Shown here: one piece after another, positions 13,850 to 26,386 of the stretch
Layout of the letters: every line of letters begins with the position of its first letter
Position numbering within the stretch: the stretch's first letter is position 1
Source of the DNA: Camelus dromedarius
Lineage: Eukaryota
Reading direction: 5' to 3'
Length of the DNA stretch: 64,000 bases
Assembly (NCBI RefSeq): GCF_036321535.1
Contig: NC_087436.1
Coordinates: 120,344,001 to 120,408,000 of the forward strand
The notes under the pieces: model-generated
Database searches by the model: none
Told to the model about the DNA's origin: nothing
The model's input: the letters and a program-made list of their open reading frames with translations, nothing else
Translations under genes and position numbers: made by a program

Positions 13850-15260
13850 GGCGCGGCTGGCCTGTGGCGACCTGGGATTTTCCAGCGCCGCACAGAGGTT
13901 TTCAGATCCGGTGGGTGCGGCGCCAGAGGCGGCAGTGGCGATACGCAGGGGTGAGGGGCCGCAAAGAGGACGCGCACCGATCTGGGCTGGTCGGACACAC
14001 CTGCGGGCTTCGCGCCCGGCAATGTGCCTGGGGCGAGCCCAGGGGGCCCGGGGTCGGCCTGACGCCCCCTACCCAGGCGCTGCAGGAGCCGCACAAGGGC
14101 GGCGCCCCCTGCCGCAAAGGCCCCCTTGTCACCACACCTCTTCGTGGCAGAATCTACGGCGGCCCTGGGCCCCTCGCCCGGACCCTGGCCGCCTCCTGGA
14201 GCCTGCGGCGACCCCGGACGCCAGGGAGAAGCTAAGGAATGGCTCCTTCCAGACAGCCCAGCGCAGCCACCCGGGCCGGCGCGCTGGGAAAGGGGTCCTC
14301 AGCCCTCGCTGCAAAGCTAAGCGCCCGGGGCGCGGGGACAGAGAGCCGCGCGCCGGACCTTGGGGACTGCAAGACCCTGGAGCAAAAGTTGGGTGGGGCC
14401 GCTGAGCGATTTCCCCCAATCTGCAGGTGCAGCCACCTCAGCCCTTGGGGCGCCAGGATAGAGCTCGGGGACGCGCCGGCCCCTCAGTCTCCACACTCAC
14501 CTGCGCTCATCTCAGCGGCAACTCGGAGTCGGGTCGTCGGGGCTCTGCAGCAGCCGGATGCTTCTGCCCGCAGGTGCCGCGCCAGCCGGCGCAATGGTCC
14601 AGCGCCCGCTCGCCCGTCAGCGGGTCTGGCCGCTGGCGGGTGCCCGCCCGCAGCGCCGCCGCAGCTCTTCTGCGCGCCCGCCCCGCCCATAAGCCCCGCC
14701 CATCGGGGCCCGCCCCCCTAGGGCCCCGCCCCGCTCCGCCCTCACCGCCCCGCGGGCCGGGGCACCCTGGGAAGTGTAGTCGCCGCGTCCCCACCGCCCC
14801 ACCTTCTCGCCCCAGTCGCCGCAGGGATGGACTACAGTCCCGGCAGCCTGCGCGGCCTGCGCACGCGCAGGCGGGTGACACCGCTGCGGCCTCCCGCAGC
14901 AACTCTTGGGGCTCTGCGGAGCTGTCACCGCGGCCTGGCTGGCGGCGGCTCTCAGGAGCCCAGGAGTGTGGAGGAGGGCGACCCAGTGAAAAGCAGGCTT
15001 GGTGCAGCTCTTGTTGAGTCGTGGGGCTGCGAAGGGCCAACTCCCTCCTTCCCGTTTGCAGAGGGAAAATGAGGCGGGGCGAGGGGCGGCAGGATTTGCC
15101 CACTGGCACCTGCGGGGCTTGCGCTCCTGACTCCAGGTCTAGGGCTCGGCGGCGGCCCGGTGGCCTGCCCCAGTCTCCCGGGGCGCCGCACCGACTGGCG
15201 CCTTGGGCCGGCTCCAGCGGCGCAGTCAGCGGCCCCAGCCCCGCACCCCCACCCTCTGAG
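13850..15260. promoter_or_regulatory. CpG island / ABLIM2 promoter
   Basis: Very high GC and CpG density. Multiple GC boxes (CCCCGCC/CCCGCCC, 14676-14750), ZNF143-type motifs at 14762-14780 and 14831-14848, and NRF1-like TGCGCACGCGCA at 14858-14869. Confidence 0.9.
14501..14510 (-). CDS. ABLIM2: ABLIM2 first coding exon (Met-Ser-Ala + first base of Val); remaining exons lie beyond the left edge of the window
   Basis: Minus strand reads GCTGAG ATG AGC GCA G|GTGAGT inside a CpG island, with a consensus donor. It matches the recalled human ABLIM2 N-terminus MSAV, and ABLIM2 lies head-to-head with SH3TC1 in mammals. Confidence 0.85.
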
Positions 15261-16124
15261 TAGCCGACTGACTTCTGTAATGTCAGGTGCCCAGCACAGG
15301 GCATGGGTCTGGGTACAGGAGAAGAAAGGCCCCGAGGTGGGAGCAGGCAGACCCCACTGGGTGTCTGGTTCTGACGGAAGGGGACTGCGGGAGTGTGGAG
15401 GGCCTGCACTGGAGGACCGTTCAACAGGAAGACTCCCCCGGACGTGGTAGTGCGTGATGGGGGAAGGGTGGGAACTGGGGAGATGCTGTCAGCAAGGGAG
15501 GGAGCGCTGGCCACAGAAAATGTGAACTCTGAATGCAACAGTGAGGCAGGAGCAGGTGTTCTTCCTTGGTCCCCAGCAGCGTCCATCTACCGGGAAGAGG
15601 GGCCAGGAGCAGACACTTCGGGGGAGACCCGAAGTCCTGCAGAACCAGCCATGGGCCAGGCCAGTCGGCCCAAGCCCCACACACCCTAGAAACCCAGAAA
15701 GTCTGGCTGGGTGGCTGACTTGCAGCTGCAGGGCTCCATCCCTGTCTGCCGGGGACTTTTGCCCAGAGCACAGGTAGGATGTGGAGGTGGAAGGAGCAGT
15801 AGCAGGAGTCAGGTGCCCTGTTCCCAACCCAGCTGCCCCCTCAGCGGTGCGACCCTGAGGGCCTCCCACTCTGTGGGCATCAGGGCCCCATCCATGAAGT
15901 GGCTGAGTGACGATCCACTGTGGCTGAGAGCATTACATTTGGGTGGTTAGTTCTGGCGAGGGCAGGTGCGGGCCAGTAGGGGTGGAGCCCCTGGAGGTCT
16001 GACCGCCTGGTGGGGAGCCTGGCTTCTCTAGCTTCTGGTACAAGGTCCCTCACTCTGTGCCTCTGTGGGCATTGTTAGACTGTTAGCAGTCTCCACCTCT
16101 CGGTTGTTATCCCTGGTGCTATGA

Positions 16125-16300
16125 AGCAGGTGTGACCTTGGGCAACTTGCTTGCCCTCTCTGTGCCTCAGCTTCCGAATCTGTCAAACCATGGTACCTGT
16201 CCCAGAGGGTTTTTGGGAGGGCCAAAATGAGTAATGAGAATAAAACACTTCAAAGCGCGAAAACTCAGGGCTCAGTGAATGATAGTTATTATATTTACTG
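16125..16300 (+). mobile_element. MIR SINE
   Basis: gtgtgaccttgggcaactt...ctctctgtgcctcagcttcc..atctgtcaaa core. Confidence 0.7.
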
Positions 16301-19300
16301 TCATTGAAATTGACCAGAGAGCAGTATTGCCCATCACCAGTCCTAAAAGACTGTTGCCTTTTCTCGACTGTCTTCCATCTCCACCCATCAACCCACCCAT
16401 CCACCATGCATTCAACACCTTTAGTGAACTGGGGCACTGTTCAAGTGAAGAAAACAGACAAGAATTTGTTCACAAGTCATGTGATTCATTGTAGAATGTG
16501 TTTCCACCTGCTTTCGAAGCAGGCCTTAAAGGAGGGAGTGTCAGAGGGACTCTGACACAGGGAGGTTCCACACAGGCTAATGGTCAGAGACTCTTACAAC
16601 ATTTATTAAGAGTGCATTCAGATATTCAGAGGAACAGCTGGGCCTTGCTGGGTACAGATGCAGAAGGAAGAGCCAGGAGGCAGAGGGAGTGTCCCTTGGC
16701 TGCCCCCCCCATTCTCGCCTCCCCCATTCTTCTGCCGAGCTCACACCTCCTGCAGACAGAAGGGGTGCAGTACAGGGGCTGCGCCTGCTCCTTGGGGGCC
16801 CCTCCCACCTCAGGTGCTCATCAGACGTTCCCTGGGGTGGGGACTCCTCATATCATTTCACCCGGGGTCCCTTGCAGCCCCTTGCAGGTGAGTGCCCAGA
16901 CAGTGGCCCCACCGGCCCTCCACCCTACTCTGCTGCTTTTGCCCCATCTTTCCTGCCTGAGGACTTACAGCTTTCATTTGGTTTAATCCTTCCTGCAACC
17001 CTTGAAGCAGGGCCATGACTTTCTACCCTACAGGCTTGAGAGGGGATGCCCCCCCGCCACACCCCACTCAGGGGAAGTGAAGAAGGGGTTGAGCTTTCTA
17101 AGGCACCAGTGGCCCAGGTCCCCCGGCCAGAGCCCCCAGCCTGCAGCACTGGCCCATGTCCCTCTGGGGATGGGCCTCGGGGCATGCAGCCTGCTGCCTC
17201 TGGGCTCTCACGGCCGCCTTTGGGAGTAGGATGCACTTACAAGTGGGCGCTTCCACTTTCCCCTGCTTTGTGGCCTGGCACCCTCCTTGTCCAAACCTGG
17301 GCTCCAGGGAGGATGGGGGTATAATCGGGGCTGGGATGTCAGGATCCTGGGTCATCAAGGTGGACGTGCCCGGTGCTGCAGGCAGGTGTCAGGGAGCACA
17401 GGAGGCCAAGAGCAGATGGGAAGAGCCCAGGTAGGACCCTGGAGGAAACGCTGGGAACTCCACTCCAGCCCTCAGTTTCCTAGCCACTTATTACGGGATG
17501 TGGATTGTTCCGGTGTGTTGGAGGCTGCAGAATGGGGAGAGCGAGGCCTCAGGCCCCTGGCCCAGTTGGTTCTAGGGTCCATTCCCCTTGATCTTCTGTG
17601 GGGGCCCAGCTATAGTTTAGGGGTTCCATTCCTGGCAACGCAGAGGTGATCCTAAAACACACAAATAATCAATGCCAACGTGTTCCTTCTCAAACATCTG
17701 TTAAATGCGTAAAACACCTTGCTTGGCTGAAAAGCACAGGCATTCCTGGTGTGTCTTTGGGGAGCATTTTTCCTGCATGGGCTGTGCTGGGTGAGAGTTC
17801 CTGAGAAATGAGTCCAGTCACCTGCAGGTAAAGACTTTTTCTTGTTTGACTAATGCAACAGGCACAGGTGTCTGTCCCTGCTCTGAAGGCTGGCAAATAG
17901 CTTCAAAATCAGGATCATTTATCCTGAAAATGTTTAGTGCCCTTTTGGGGGCGTACAGGCCTTGGGAAGCCAGGTGATGAGTGGTGGGCGGGGCCGGGGT
18001 GGGCGGGGCAGAGCCCAGTACAGCCCGGCCTGACCTGGGGCAGGTGGCGGTTTGTGTTGGGCTTCTTGAGGCTGGCCCAGGAAGGGCTGGGGCGGGGGGC
18101 AGCGACCACGGGCCAGGGGCTGCTTACTTGGGGCAGAATAGCATGGATGGAGAGCTTTTTTCTAACCCCCTGGGGCCAGCCTCCTGCTCAGGGAAAGGGA
18201 ACCCAGGGTAAGTATAAAACTGTGCCTGGGGATTCCCCGGGGCCGAGCCAGGTGACCCAGTAGTTGTGACCAGGGCTGCCATGCCCTGGGGTCGCTCTGT
18301 GCCAGAGAAGCCCCCGTTGCCATCCTCATGCTGACTGTCACACCCATTTCACAGGTGGGGAATTTGAGGCTTTAGCTTGCCCACACGCAAACTACTCCTG
18401 AGGGAAGAGCTGGGACGCACACCCAGGCCCTACTGAAGAGAGCCCGTGGGCTTCGGCACTCACCCCTCCTGGACCTGCTGTGCCTCCAAGGGGCATTGCG
18501 GAGGCCACGTGATGAGGTGGGGGCCCTGAGCAGAGGCTGAGGTGTTCGGCCCAAAGAGACCTGCCCCACTGGATCCAAACCATGCCAGGCCCTCTGCCCC
18601 GCCCCCCCACACACTGTGGGGATGCCCCACCTTCACCTGATGGCTAAGCCTCACCCACTGGGCTCCACGGGAGAGTCCCTCCTTGGGGAAGACCCCCTGA
18701 ACCCCCAGCTAAACCAGGGGCTACTTTTGTTCCACGAGGCCTTGTCTGTCCCTGCCATGTCCCTCTGTATCTTCACCATCTGTCTCCTGTCTGACTCCCT
18801 TGCCAGACATCAGGCCACCCAGGCAGGGCCACTTCTGACTTATCAAGGGGTCTCCAGAGCACCTCAGGGTCTCCAGAGCATGCGGGGTTCTCCAGCACAG
18901 AGGAGCATAGCCACTGACCTCCAGGCTCAGTGCGCGCCTGCCGACGCCCCCTCTCACGCCCCGCACTCAGCATACCGAAAGGAAAGAGGTGAGACTCCCC
19001 TGGGCTCCTTTCCAACATCCCTGACCTTGCGCTGGGTCTGCCAAGGCTTCCCACAAACTGCTTCTACACAGAGAGTGCACAGCGTGGCTGGGCTCACCTG
19101 GGGCCTGGTCTAGAAAGGTGTCACCCTGAAAACCCAGCTGCGCAGATGTTCTGCAGCGGAGGGCACACAGTGGCCTGTGGAAGAGGCTGTGTCCAGAGGC
19201 CCTGAACACCCCCCGGGCACCTCCAGGCCTTCTCTCGTCAAAGCCGTGGGTTTCTCTGTCCTTTCTTCACCTCCAGATACAGCCCAGAAATTGATTTACT

Positions 19301-19952
19301 TAGCCAAATGGAGAAACGAATGAAATATGATTTCATTGTGGGATCATTCCAACCACTCAATAATTTAAAATCATGCCACAAGAAACCAGGAGTAAAAATA
19401 ACATGTGACTCACAGCTTGGAGCCTCACTCCCTCCAGTACCAGTCCACACACCTGGATTGTTCACCTGATGCGGGTCCAACCTCGGCCTCACACACCTGC
19501 GGTTCGCCTGAATTCTCCAGGCAGAGGGGGAGCTGTGCTGGCCTGCGTTACACACGTGCCCTGATTCTCCTTAATGGCTGAGTCTGCTCCGTAACTTTAA
19601 CTGCCCAGTTAACTCTGAGTGGTTTGCGGACTTGGCGACAATTTGTCATCACAGAAAACTGACAAGAGGTGGCTCATGACAGGTGATGGAAAGAAGCCTG
19701 ATCCTGGAAATGACTCGCGCTGTGCAAGGCTTGGATTTGTGGCTGCTGATCATAAAGCCCTTTCTCTAATTAAGCTTTGTACCCGTGCAGCAGAAACAGA
19801 CAAGGCGAAATAGGAGCACGTGAGAGAAACAGAGTGGAAGGGCAGCGCCAGCTCAGGGGGTGGGTAGTGCATTTATTGAGCACCTACTGTATACTGCCCC
19901 TGTGCTGGAAATGGGAGATGAAGAAGAGCTGGGATGGTCAAGGAGTGTCTGG

Positions 19953-20390
19953 AATGTGAGTGTCCTGGGGCTGTGGGACAAAGCATCATGACCCGGGGGC
20001 TTAACAGAAGTTTGTTCTCACGGTCTGGGGGCCTGACATCTGAGATCAAGGTGGAGGCGGGGCCGTGCACCCCCTAGAGCTGTAGGGGGAGGTCTCCCTT
20101 CTTGCCTGTCTCCAGCTTCTGGGGACTCCCTACGATCCTTGGTGTCCCTGCAGCTCCCCACTCTGTGCCTCCGTCATCACACGGCTGTCTCTCCATGTGT
20201 CTCTCCCCTTCTTAAAGGGACACCAGCCCTGGGATTTGGGGCCTGCCTTCCCCATGCATGGCCTCGTCTTAACTAATTACATCTATGGAGACCCTATTTT
20301 CAAAGAAGGTCTCACTCACAGGTCCCAGGGTTGGGACTTGAGGGTACCTTTGGTAGTTGGGGGTGTGGGGAGGGGGCAATTCAACCTAGC
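19953..20390 (-). mobile_element. MaLR LTR (MLT1C-like)
   Basis: ggggctgt...ggcttaacagaag, tctgagatcaaggtg, ctccagcttctgg, cttaactaattacatct. Confidence 0.75.
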
Positions 20391-21084
20391 ATCGCCCCAT
20401 AAAGGGCCTGAGAGGAAAGCTTCAAGTCTGAGGGCCCCCAGTTGGAGAGAAGTAAACTGAGGCCCAGAGAGACAGGGTCACACAGGGAAGCAGGTCCCCA
20501 GCCGCTGGAAACCACCAGACTCCCCCAGCCTCTGGACCCCGATTTCCCGTGTTTCTACTTGTTGGTGATGATGTGGGCATGAGGCCCAGCAGGGAACCCC
20601 GAAGGCAGCCACCCCGGCAGTGATGCCAGCCCTTGTCCTGGCAGATGGAAGGGTCCTGTCTGAGCCTTGTGCAGCCCTTCCACATGCCTGCTCCACATTT
20701 CCACATCAGCCTCAGATGATCAAGGCAAAACAGCCCATCACCCCTAAACACTTGGTGCACTGGCACTGCCTGTGTGAACGGCTATGTCCTGGGGTGTGGA
20801 AACGGTTCTGTTAAGAGCCCTGCTCTCTGAAGCTGCTCCAGGTCACTGATAAGTGGATGGGCTTTGAGGAAATGGACCCTAAGCCTCACATGCAGTTTAC
20901 TGAATGCCTTCCCCACAACACCCGTCACTCCAGCCTTCCCCTGAGGACTGGCTGGGGAGTACCACCCCGGCCTTGTGGACAAGCGGCCTTAGGCTCACCA
21001 AGGGTAAGTGATGTGCAGAGGTCACCTGGCCAGAGCGGCCAGGCTGAGGCTGGACCCAGGTCCCTCTGATAATCAGCGCCACGC

Positions 21085-21345
21085 GGTCTCCACTAGAATG
21101 TCTTTTTTGGGGCCAACTCCTATTTGATCCCTGAGATTCAGTCCAGGCATCACCTCCTCTGGGAAGCCCTCCCTGATTTCTGAGCCGGGCTGGGTGCTCC
21201 TCTGGGTTCCCCTGGGTCCTGGGGCTCCCCTGATCACGGGCCCGATCACATGGACTATTGTTGGCTGCTTCCTTGTCGTATCTCTCACTAGATGGTAAGC
21301 TTTGGACGTGGGGAGTATCTTGGATGAAAACAGATCTGAAGAACT
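21085..21345. mobile_element. L2 3' fragment
   Basis: catcacctcctctgggaagccctccctga...cactagatggtaagcttt. Confidence 0.55.
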
Positions 21346-22339
21346 GGAGGGACAGGGAAAGCATGGGGCCAGACAGTCAGGGCAGCCCCAGCTCCGCCCC
21401 AGCTGAGAGGGGATCCAGTCAGCTCTGTGTAGTTCTGTGTCTACAGCATTAAAAACAGTTGCTGAGAAGCACGCTGCTCCTCACTCCGACGCCCTGGGGA
21501 GCTGCTCCCTGCCCCCTGGGGTGAAGCGAGTCCAGCCTCACCCACAGCCCCCAGCGTGTGCAGCGTCCAACCCGAGTGCTGCTCCCCACATCTTGCGTTT
21601 GTGTCTGCCCTTTGTGTGGCCAGACACAGAGGCCTAGGCGCTGACTATGGGTCCAGAGCAGAGAAGGTGATGAGAAAAAGTGTCCTAAAAGGAACTTAGT
21701 TGCCTTAACGAAGAGGCATATTTTTAACAGAAATTTAATCTAATTTCATGGAAAAAATATGCTATCATCCAAACTTCTCAAGATACCGTGCACACCAGAA
21801 GCTATCTTGTTTCAACAAGGCCAATAAATCGCTCTCCTTCACTGCCCCCACGTGGTGGAGTGCTCTAATTGCAGGCATGTTATAAGGAGCATTAACTCCC
21901 CTGCAAAGTGAAGCCAGCTTTCTGACCCAGCCTACGGCAGGTGTGCAGGCAGGTGTGCAGGCAAACAGCACCCACGCACCTGCCTCCAGCCAACCCAAGG
22001 GGAGAGAGAGAGGTTCAGCCTCACACAAGGTCTTTAGCCATCCCTCCCCCTTTTCCTGCTATTTGAGGTCTTGGCCGCAGAGACCGAATAGTCCATAATC
22101 CTGATCTAAGGAAGCAGGTGAGTGTGGAGAGACCGGGCAGCCAGCTGGGAATTCCTGAGTCTCTGCCTTGTCTCCTGACTGGTGTTTACCTAATGCCCAT
22201 TTCTCTTGCTCCCTACCTTCGCACAGCACCCGAAGTTTTGTTCAGAGTCTACCGTGCAGCCCCAGTAAGAAGCCCCCCTGGACTTCCCAGTAAGCTGGCC
22301 CAGCTCAGGAGGTTCTGGTGGGCCTAAGTGTGACCCCCT

Positions 22340-22765
22340 TCCTCTGGAGACAAACATCAGCAACACCAGTCAGCACTCAGCATTCCCTGCACATAGAACT
22401 TACTCCAGGAATGGCATATGACCCAATTCAGGCCAATGGAAGTGAGCGAGGGCTTGCTGAGAAATACTGGAAAAGATGTCCCTCATCTTTAGGGGAGAGC
22501 TTCAGAAGATCCCTCTCTCTTCTGGTCTGGATGTTGTGGTGGGGGATATATTGTAATTTTGTCCCCACACAGACAGTCAGCCTGAGAATGAAGCCAACAC
22601 AGGGAGAAGATCATGCAGAAATGAGGTCAGAGCACCTGGATCAAGCCAGTCCTGAGACCCACCTACTTCTGGATTTCCATATCCATGAGCCAAGAAAGAC
22701 CTTTTTGTTTGAGTTACATGGACTTGAGTTTTTGTTATTTATGACACCCTCGAATCCCGTAAGGC
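22340..22765 (+). mobile_element. ERVL LTR16-like LTR
   Basis: Motifs atgacccaattcaggccaatg, cctgagaatgaagccaacac and cctggatcaagcc..cctga, typical of LTR16. Confidence 0.65.
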
Positions 22766-25396
22766 ATCAGAGTTTGTGATGTCATTGAAAAGAACAGTTA
22801 GGTGTCCTTGGCAGAATCTCTCTCCAGGTAGAACCGTGCTTGGATTGCTTCTGGCCTGGTAGATGAGCTTGGGGAATTCCTGAGAGCCTCTGGCTTGCCT
22901 GACCCCTCATCAGAGCTGGAAAGAAAGGTGACATCTCCCAACTCTGCTCCAGGCAAGACTCAACAAGAAAAGAATATCTGCTGTGTGTCAGGGAAATGCC
23001 TGGGACGTCACCCTGCAGAGAGCTGGAAGGACAAGTACACTCACCGTGGAATCTTCCCTGGGCCCCCAGTTCTCCACCCACTGGGGGCTGGTGAGACGTC
23101 AGTGTCCAATTTATGAATAATAATCAGCAATATTGTCTATGACAGCTCCTTAGGAAGAGGCCTCAGACCACGGGTCCCCTTTTGCTGCAAAGCAGGTATG
23201 ACATCGAGTCCTAGACCATGGGATCTACTTGTCCTGCCACAAAAAACAAAATCTCTAGAAGCTACCGGCTGAGAGAATGCCCCTCCATCCCCTGCAGGTC
23301 GGGCCCTGTGTTCCAGGATGCAGTGGGTGCCCCCGACCAGCAGGCGGTGCGCAGGGCCCTGCCACCATTGTCCTCCATCACCCACGGGTAGAAGGTGTGC
23401 CACCCAGCTCTGTGTCTCAGGGCCCTGTTGCAAGTGGGATTAGTGGTCCCAGTTCGGTGGGGATGGAAGGGATGGTGATGCTTCCACCAGGGGACAGAAT
23501 AAAGGTTCCATCAAACTTTGCTGTTGGGGGCCTCAGACGGACCAGAGGCAGAGCTCCTCTCCTGGGGGTGGGAGGGGGAAGATAAGTGACCCTGATCATC
23601 ACGAGCTGGGGATGCCCCCACGGGCAGGAGGAGTGAGTCTGGAGCCTGGAAGACCACGGCGATGTCTCTGGGCTCTTCCACCCAGTGGTGACAGCAAACA
23701 GGCAGCGCAAGGACAGCCGTGTGAGGCGCCAGCACTGAGGGCTCCGGGACGGTCTGCGCCTCCCGTCCCTCAGGTGGCCCTGATGGGAGTGCTGGCCAGG
23801 CGTGCGTGGGGCCTGGAATGGTGGGGGAAGAGAGGGTGAGCGAGCGCCGGAGCCCCGCGGGAGCTACGGGCCGTCCCTTGTTCTGCTGAGCCTCCTGCAT
23901 GAGTCTCTGTAGAGACTGTGGGCTGCCGAGAAGGTCCATCGGTGGCCTCGTCTTGACTGGGTGTGAGCAGAGCTGAGCCACGTGAGGGCTGGGCTGCACT
24001 GGGCATCTCAGATGCTGTCCTGCAAAGTCTCTTCAGTTCTGCCCTGGGCTTCACTGACACGTGGCGGGGGTGCCCACGGGATTGCCCGGCATGCAGCCTG
24101 GTGGTGCGAGGCCATCCACAGCCAAGGCCACCCCTGACCGAGGGGCCGGGGAGTCTGTGCACCCACAGCCCTCTTCAAGGCTCAAGGGGGCGATTCTGAG
24201 GCACATTCCATGAGGCTCAGAAGGTCTCAGTGGGATTAAGCCCCAGGTGCCTGCAGGGTGACCAGCTCGGTAACATCCCTCATCTCTGCCCTCGACCTGT
24301 GGCCCCCTCCCTGGGCCCCCTCTTGTTCCTGGGAGTCACTGTCACAGGAAGTTTCCTCTTCAAATCCCTGTCTCCCTTTCTGGAGGGGGGTTGGGGGGGG
24401 CCCAGGCCAAGGCAGGGAGGGAAAGGACCGAGCAGGAGAGGGGGCTGCCAAGGCTGAGGGGCTGTGTCCCTAGGAACCTTGAGTGCCAGGCACAGAGCCC
24501 AGGCAGCTGGGCCCCTGGGAATCAGAAAAGTGGCCGAGCCTTCTGCCTGAGCTACCTGAGTGACTGCGATTGGGGACTTGCCCTGTGGAGATTCAGAGAG
24601 ATGGCAGGAGCCACAGATGTCACTCACGGGGGGGGGGGGTGAGGAGGGAGGGAGACAGAGACAGAGAAATAACGGGGGAGGAGTTGGAGGGGCGGACAGG
24701 AGCCAGGAGTGAGGGCAAGGCAGGCGGAGCAGCCCTTCTCCAGCTGAGTTCTGAACCTGGGGCTGGAGAGAGATCCGTGGGCTGTTTTCTCTGCGGAAGC
24801 TCACTGGGAGGATGCTCTGGACGCCTGGGGTGGGAGGAGGGCTAATTCATTAGAAGGGTGGGTGCCCGAGGGCATTGGAACTCCGTTTTCTTAAGAGACC
24901 CTTGATGAGAAAGGCTGACGTGAAAAGGCCGAGAGGCGTTCTGAGGACGCTGGATGCCTGCACCGTGGTTGCTGGCTCCCTTTCTGGGAGCCGCCCCGGC
25001 TGCACTGCACGAGGGGAAGCAGGAGGGTTTAGAGGAGTTCTTGCTGCTAGCGAGTAATCCGACCTGCTCTCCAGACAGCGAGCTATCTGCTTTCTGGCCC
25101 TCAGCTAGAGGGGCGGAGAGGCAGAGACAAGACAGCAGTGGGCCCACAGTCTCCAGCGTCTAACTGAGGAAAATCCCGCACGTGGGTTTTCTGAGCAACT
25201 ATGTCCATAACCTGAATGACCAGCCACAGAGGAAGAATCTGCTGCGGTCATGCTGTCATTCCTTTCCGGGCCTCACTCTTCTCATCTTTAAAATGGGAAC
25301 TCTCACAGGGACCTTGCAGGCTGTCTGGGACGGTCTAATGGGGTGTAAGCCGGTGCTCAGTGACAGGTCCCCTCTCCACAGGTGAACAGGTGGCAT

Positions 25397-25855
25397 TGAG
25401 ACAGGCTGGGACCCCCTGCTGCTCGCAACTGGACAAACATCTCGAGCAACAAAATACAAAGAAATTGTAAGGGACTAAAAACAACTGCATGCATGTGCTG
25501 TTGGGATCAAATTATGAACAAAGAGATACAAAAAGACCAAAAACCCAAGTGCCACTTCTGAAGTGTCGGGAACAAAAGCAGGGTACCTCAGACGATCCTT
25601 GCACACAGGACCACCAAGGGGGTGGGCAGGCCACCTAAGCCCCTCCTCTGGCCTGACCCCTGGACCCGCCCCCCTCCTCACCCCATTTAAGGGACCAGCT
25701 CGCCCCTCCTCTGGGAGCACGGGCCCCTGTTACTTGTTCTCGCTCCCTGGTGCTGCAGCATGAGCCCCAGTAAAGCCTTGCCTTAGTTTCTCCTCTGGAC
25801 TCTTCTCAATTTCTATTAAGAAGGTTAAGAAGTCCAGGAACCCTGATTGGTAACA
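25397..25855 (+). mobile_element. Solo ERV1 LTR, MER41-type (cetartiodactyl MER41_BT/MER41_Vpa-like)
   Basis: Starts TGAGACAGGCTGG and ends GGTAACA (TG...CA); flanks gcat/gcac as a decayed 4-bp TSD. TATA-like ATTTAAG near 25685 and poly(A)-like AGTAAA near 25769. Recalled similarity to the MER41_BT consensus. Confidence 0.8.
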
Positions 25856-26044
25856 GCACGAGAGGCCCTCAGTGGCTCTGGCCGGTGTGGACCTCCCGCC
25901 GCAGAAGTCAGGACCCTGAGCAGAACAACCACCATTGCCCGGTGAAGCGCCCTCCCTGTGCCTGGATGGGGGGGTCAAGGAGGGGGCTGCTTACCCCCAA
26001 GTTTAGGGTCTGACCCTAAAGAGGATACTGGTGGGGTGCATATC

Positions 26045-26386
26045 AGAGAAAACCCAGAGCTGGACGGCAGTTAAAGCAGTGATTTTATGCAGGAGTATTG
26101 CCGTAGGTAAAGAGATGTCTGTGAGGAAGTGGACAGGTGGGTTTCATAGCCCAGGAGTGGGTGGGGTCAGTGGATGGAAATTTCTAAAAGGGAACATCTG
26201 GGGTGGGGTGGTCCTGGTTAAACCTGCTTTGTGGGATCCCTGCTGAAGGCCGGGCATCGGGCGTCCTTGGGGAGCAGTGGGACATAGCTTTGACTGGCTT
26301 AGCTGGGTTCTGGCTCAAAGGCTGGGCCCACTGGCAAAAGGGCTGCTGGGGCTGGACCAAGGTTTGGTCCGAGAGTGTCTTGGTCA
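26045..26386 (-). mobile_element. ERV1 LTR, MER31/MER67-like
   Basis: Contains ggggtcagtggatggaaatttctaaaagggaacatc and ends ...ggtttggtccgagagtgtcttggtca, as recalled for the MER31-family reverse complement. Confidence 0.6.

Larger units (their letters stand above)
1..14500 (-). other. ABLIM2: ABLIM2 intron 1 (partial)
   Basis: Downstream of the GTGAGT donor at 14500-14495. No LIM-domain exon (CxxC..HxxC) is recognisable among the listed ORFs in 1-14500. Confidence 0.75.

Noticed and set aside
14507..15586. 359-aa minus-strand ORF across the CpG island
   Set aside because: Low-complexity Arg/Gly/Ala/Pro frame typical of stop-poor CpG islands. It overlaps the ABLIM2 promoter/5'UTR and has no recognisable domain.
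24628..24639. G12 homopolymer
   Set aside because: Ordinary homopolymer whose length may be a sequencing artefact.
26002..26020. 19-bp palindrome TTTAGGGTC-T-GACCCTAAA
   Set aside because: Isolated, at an LTR edge, and not a proper nuclear-receptor inverted repeat; no support for function.
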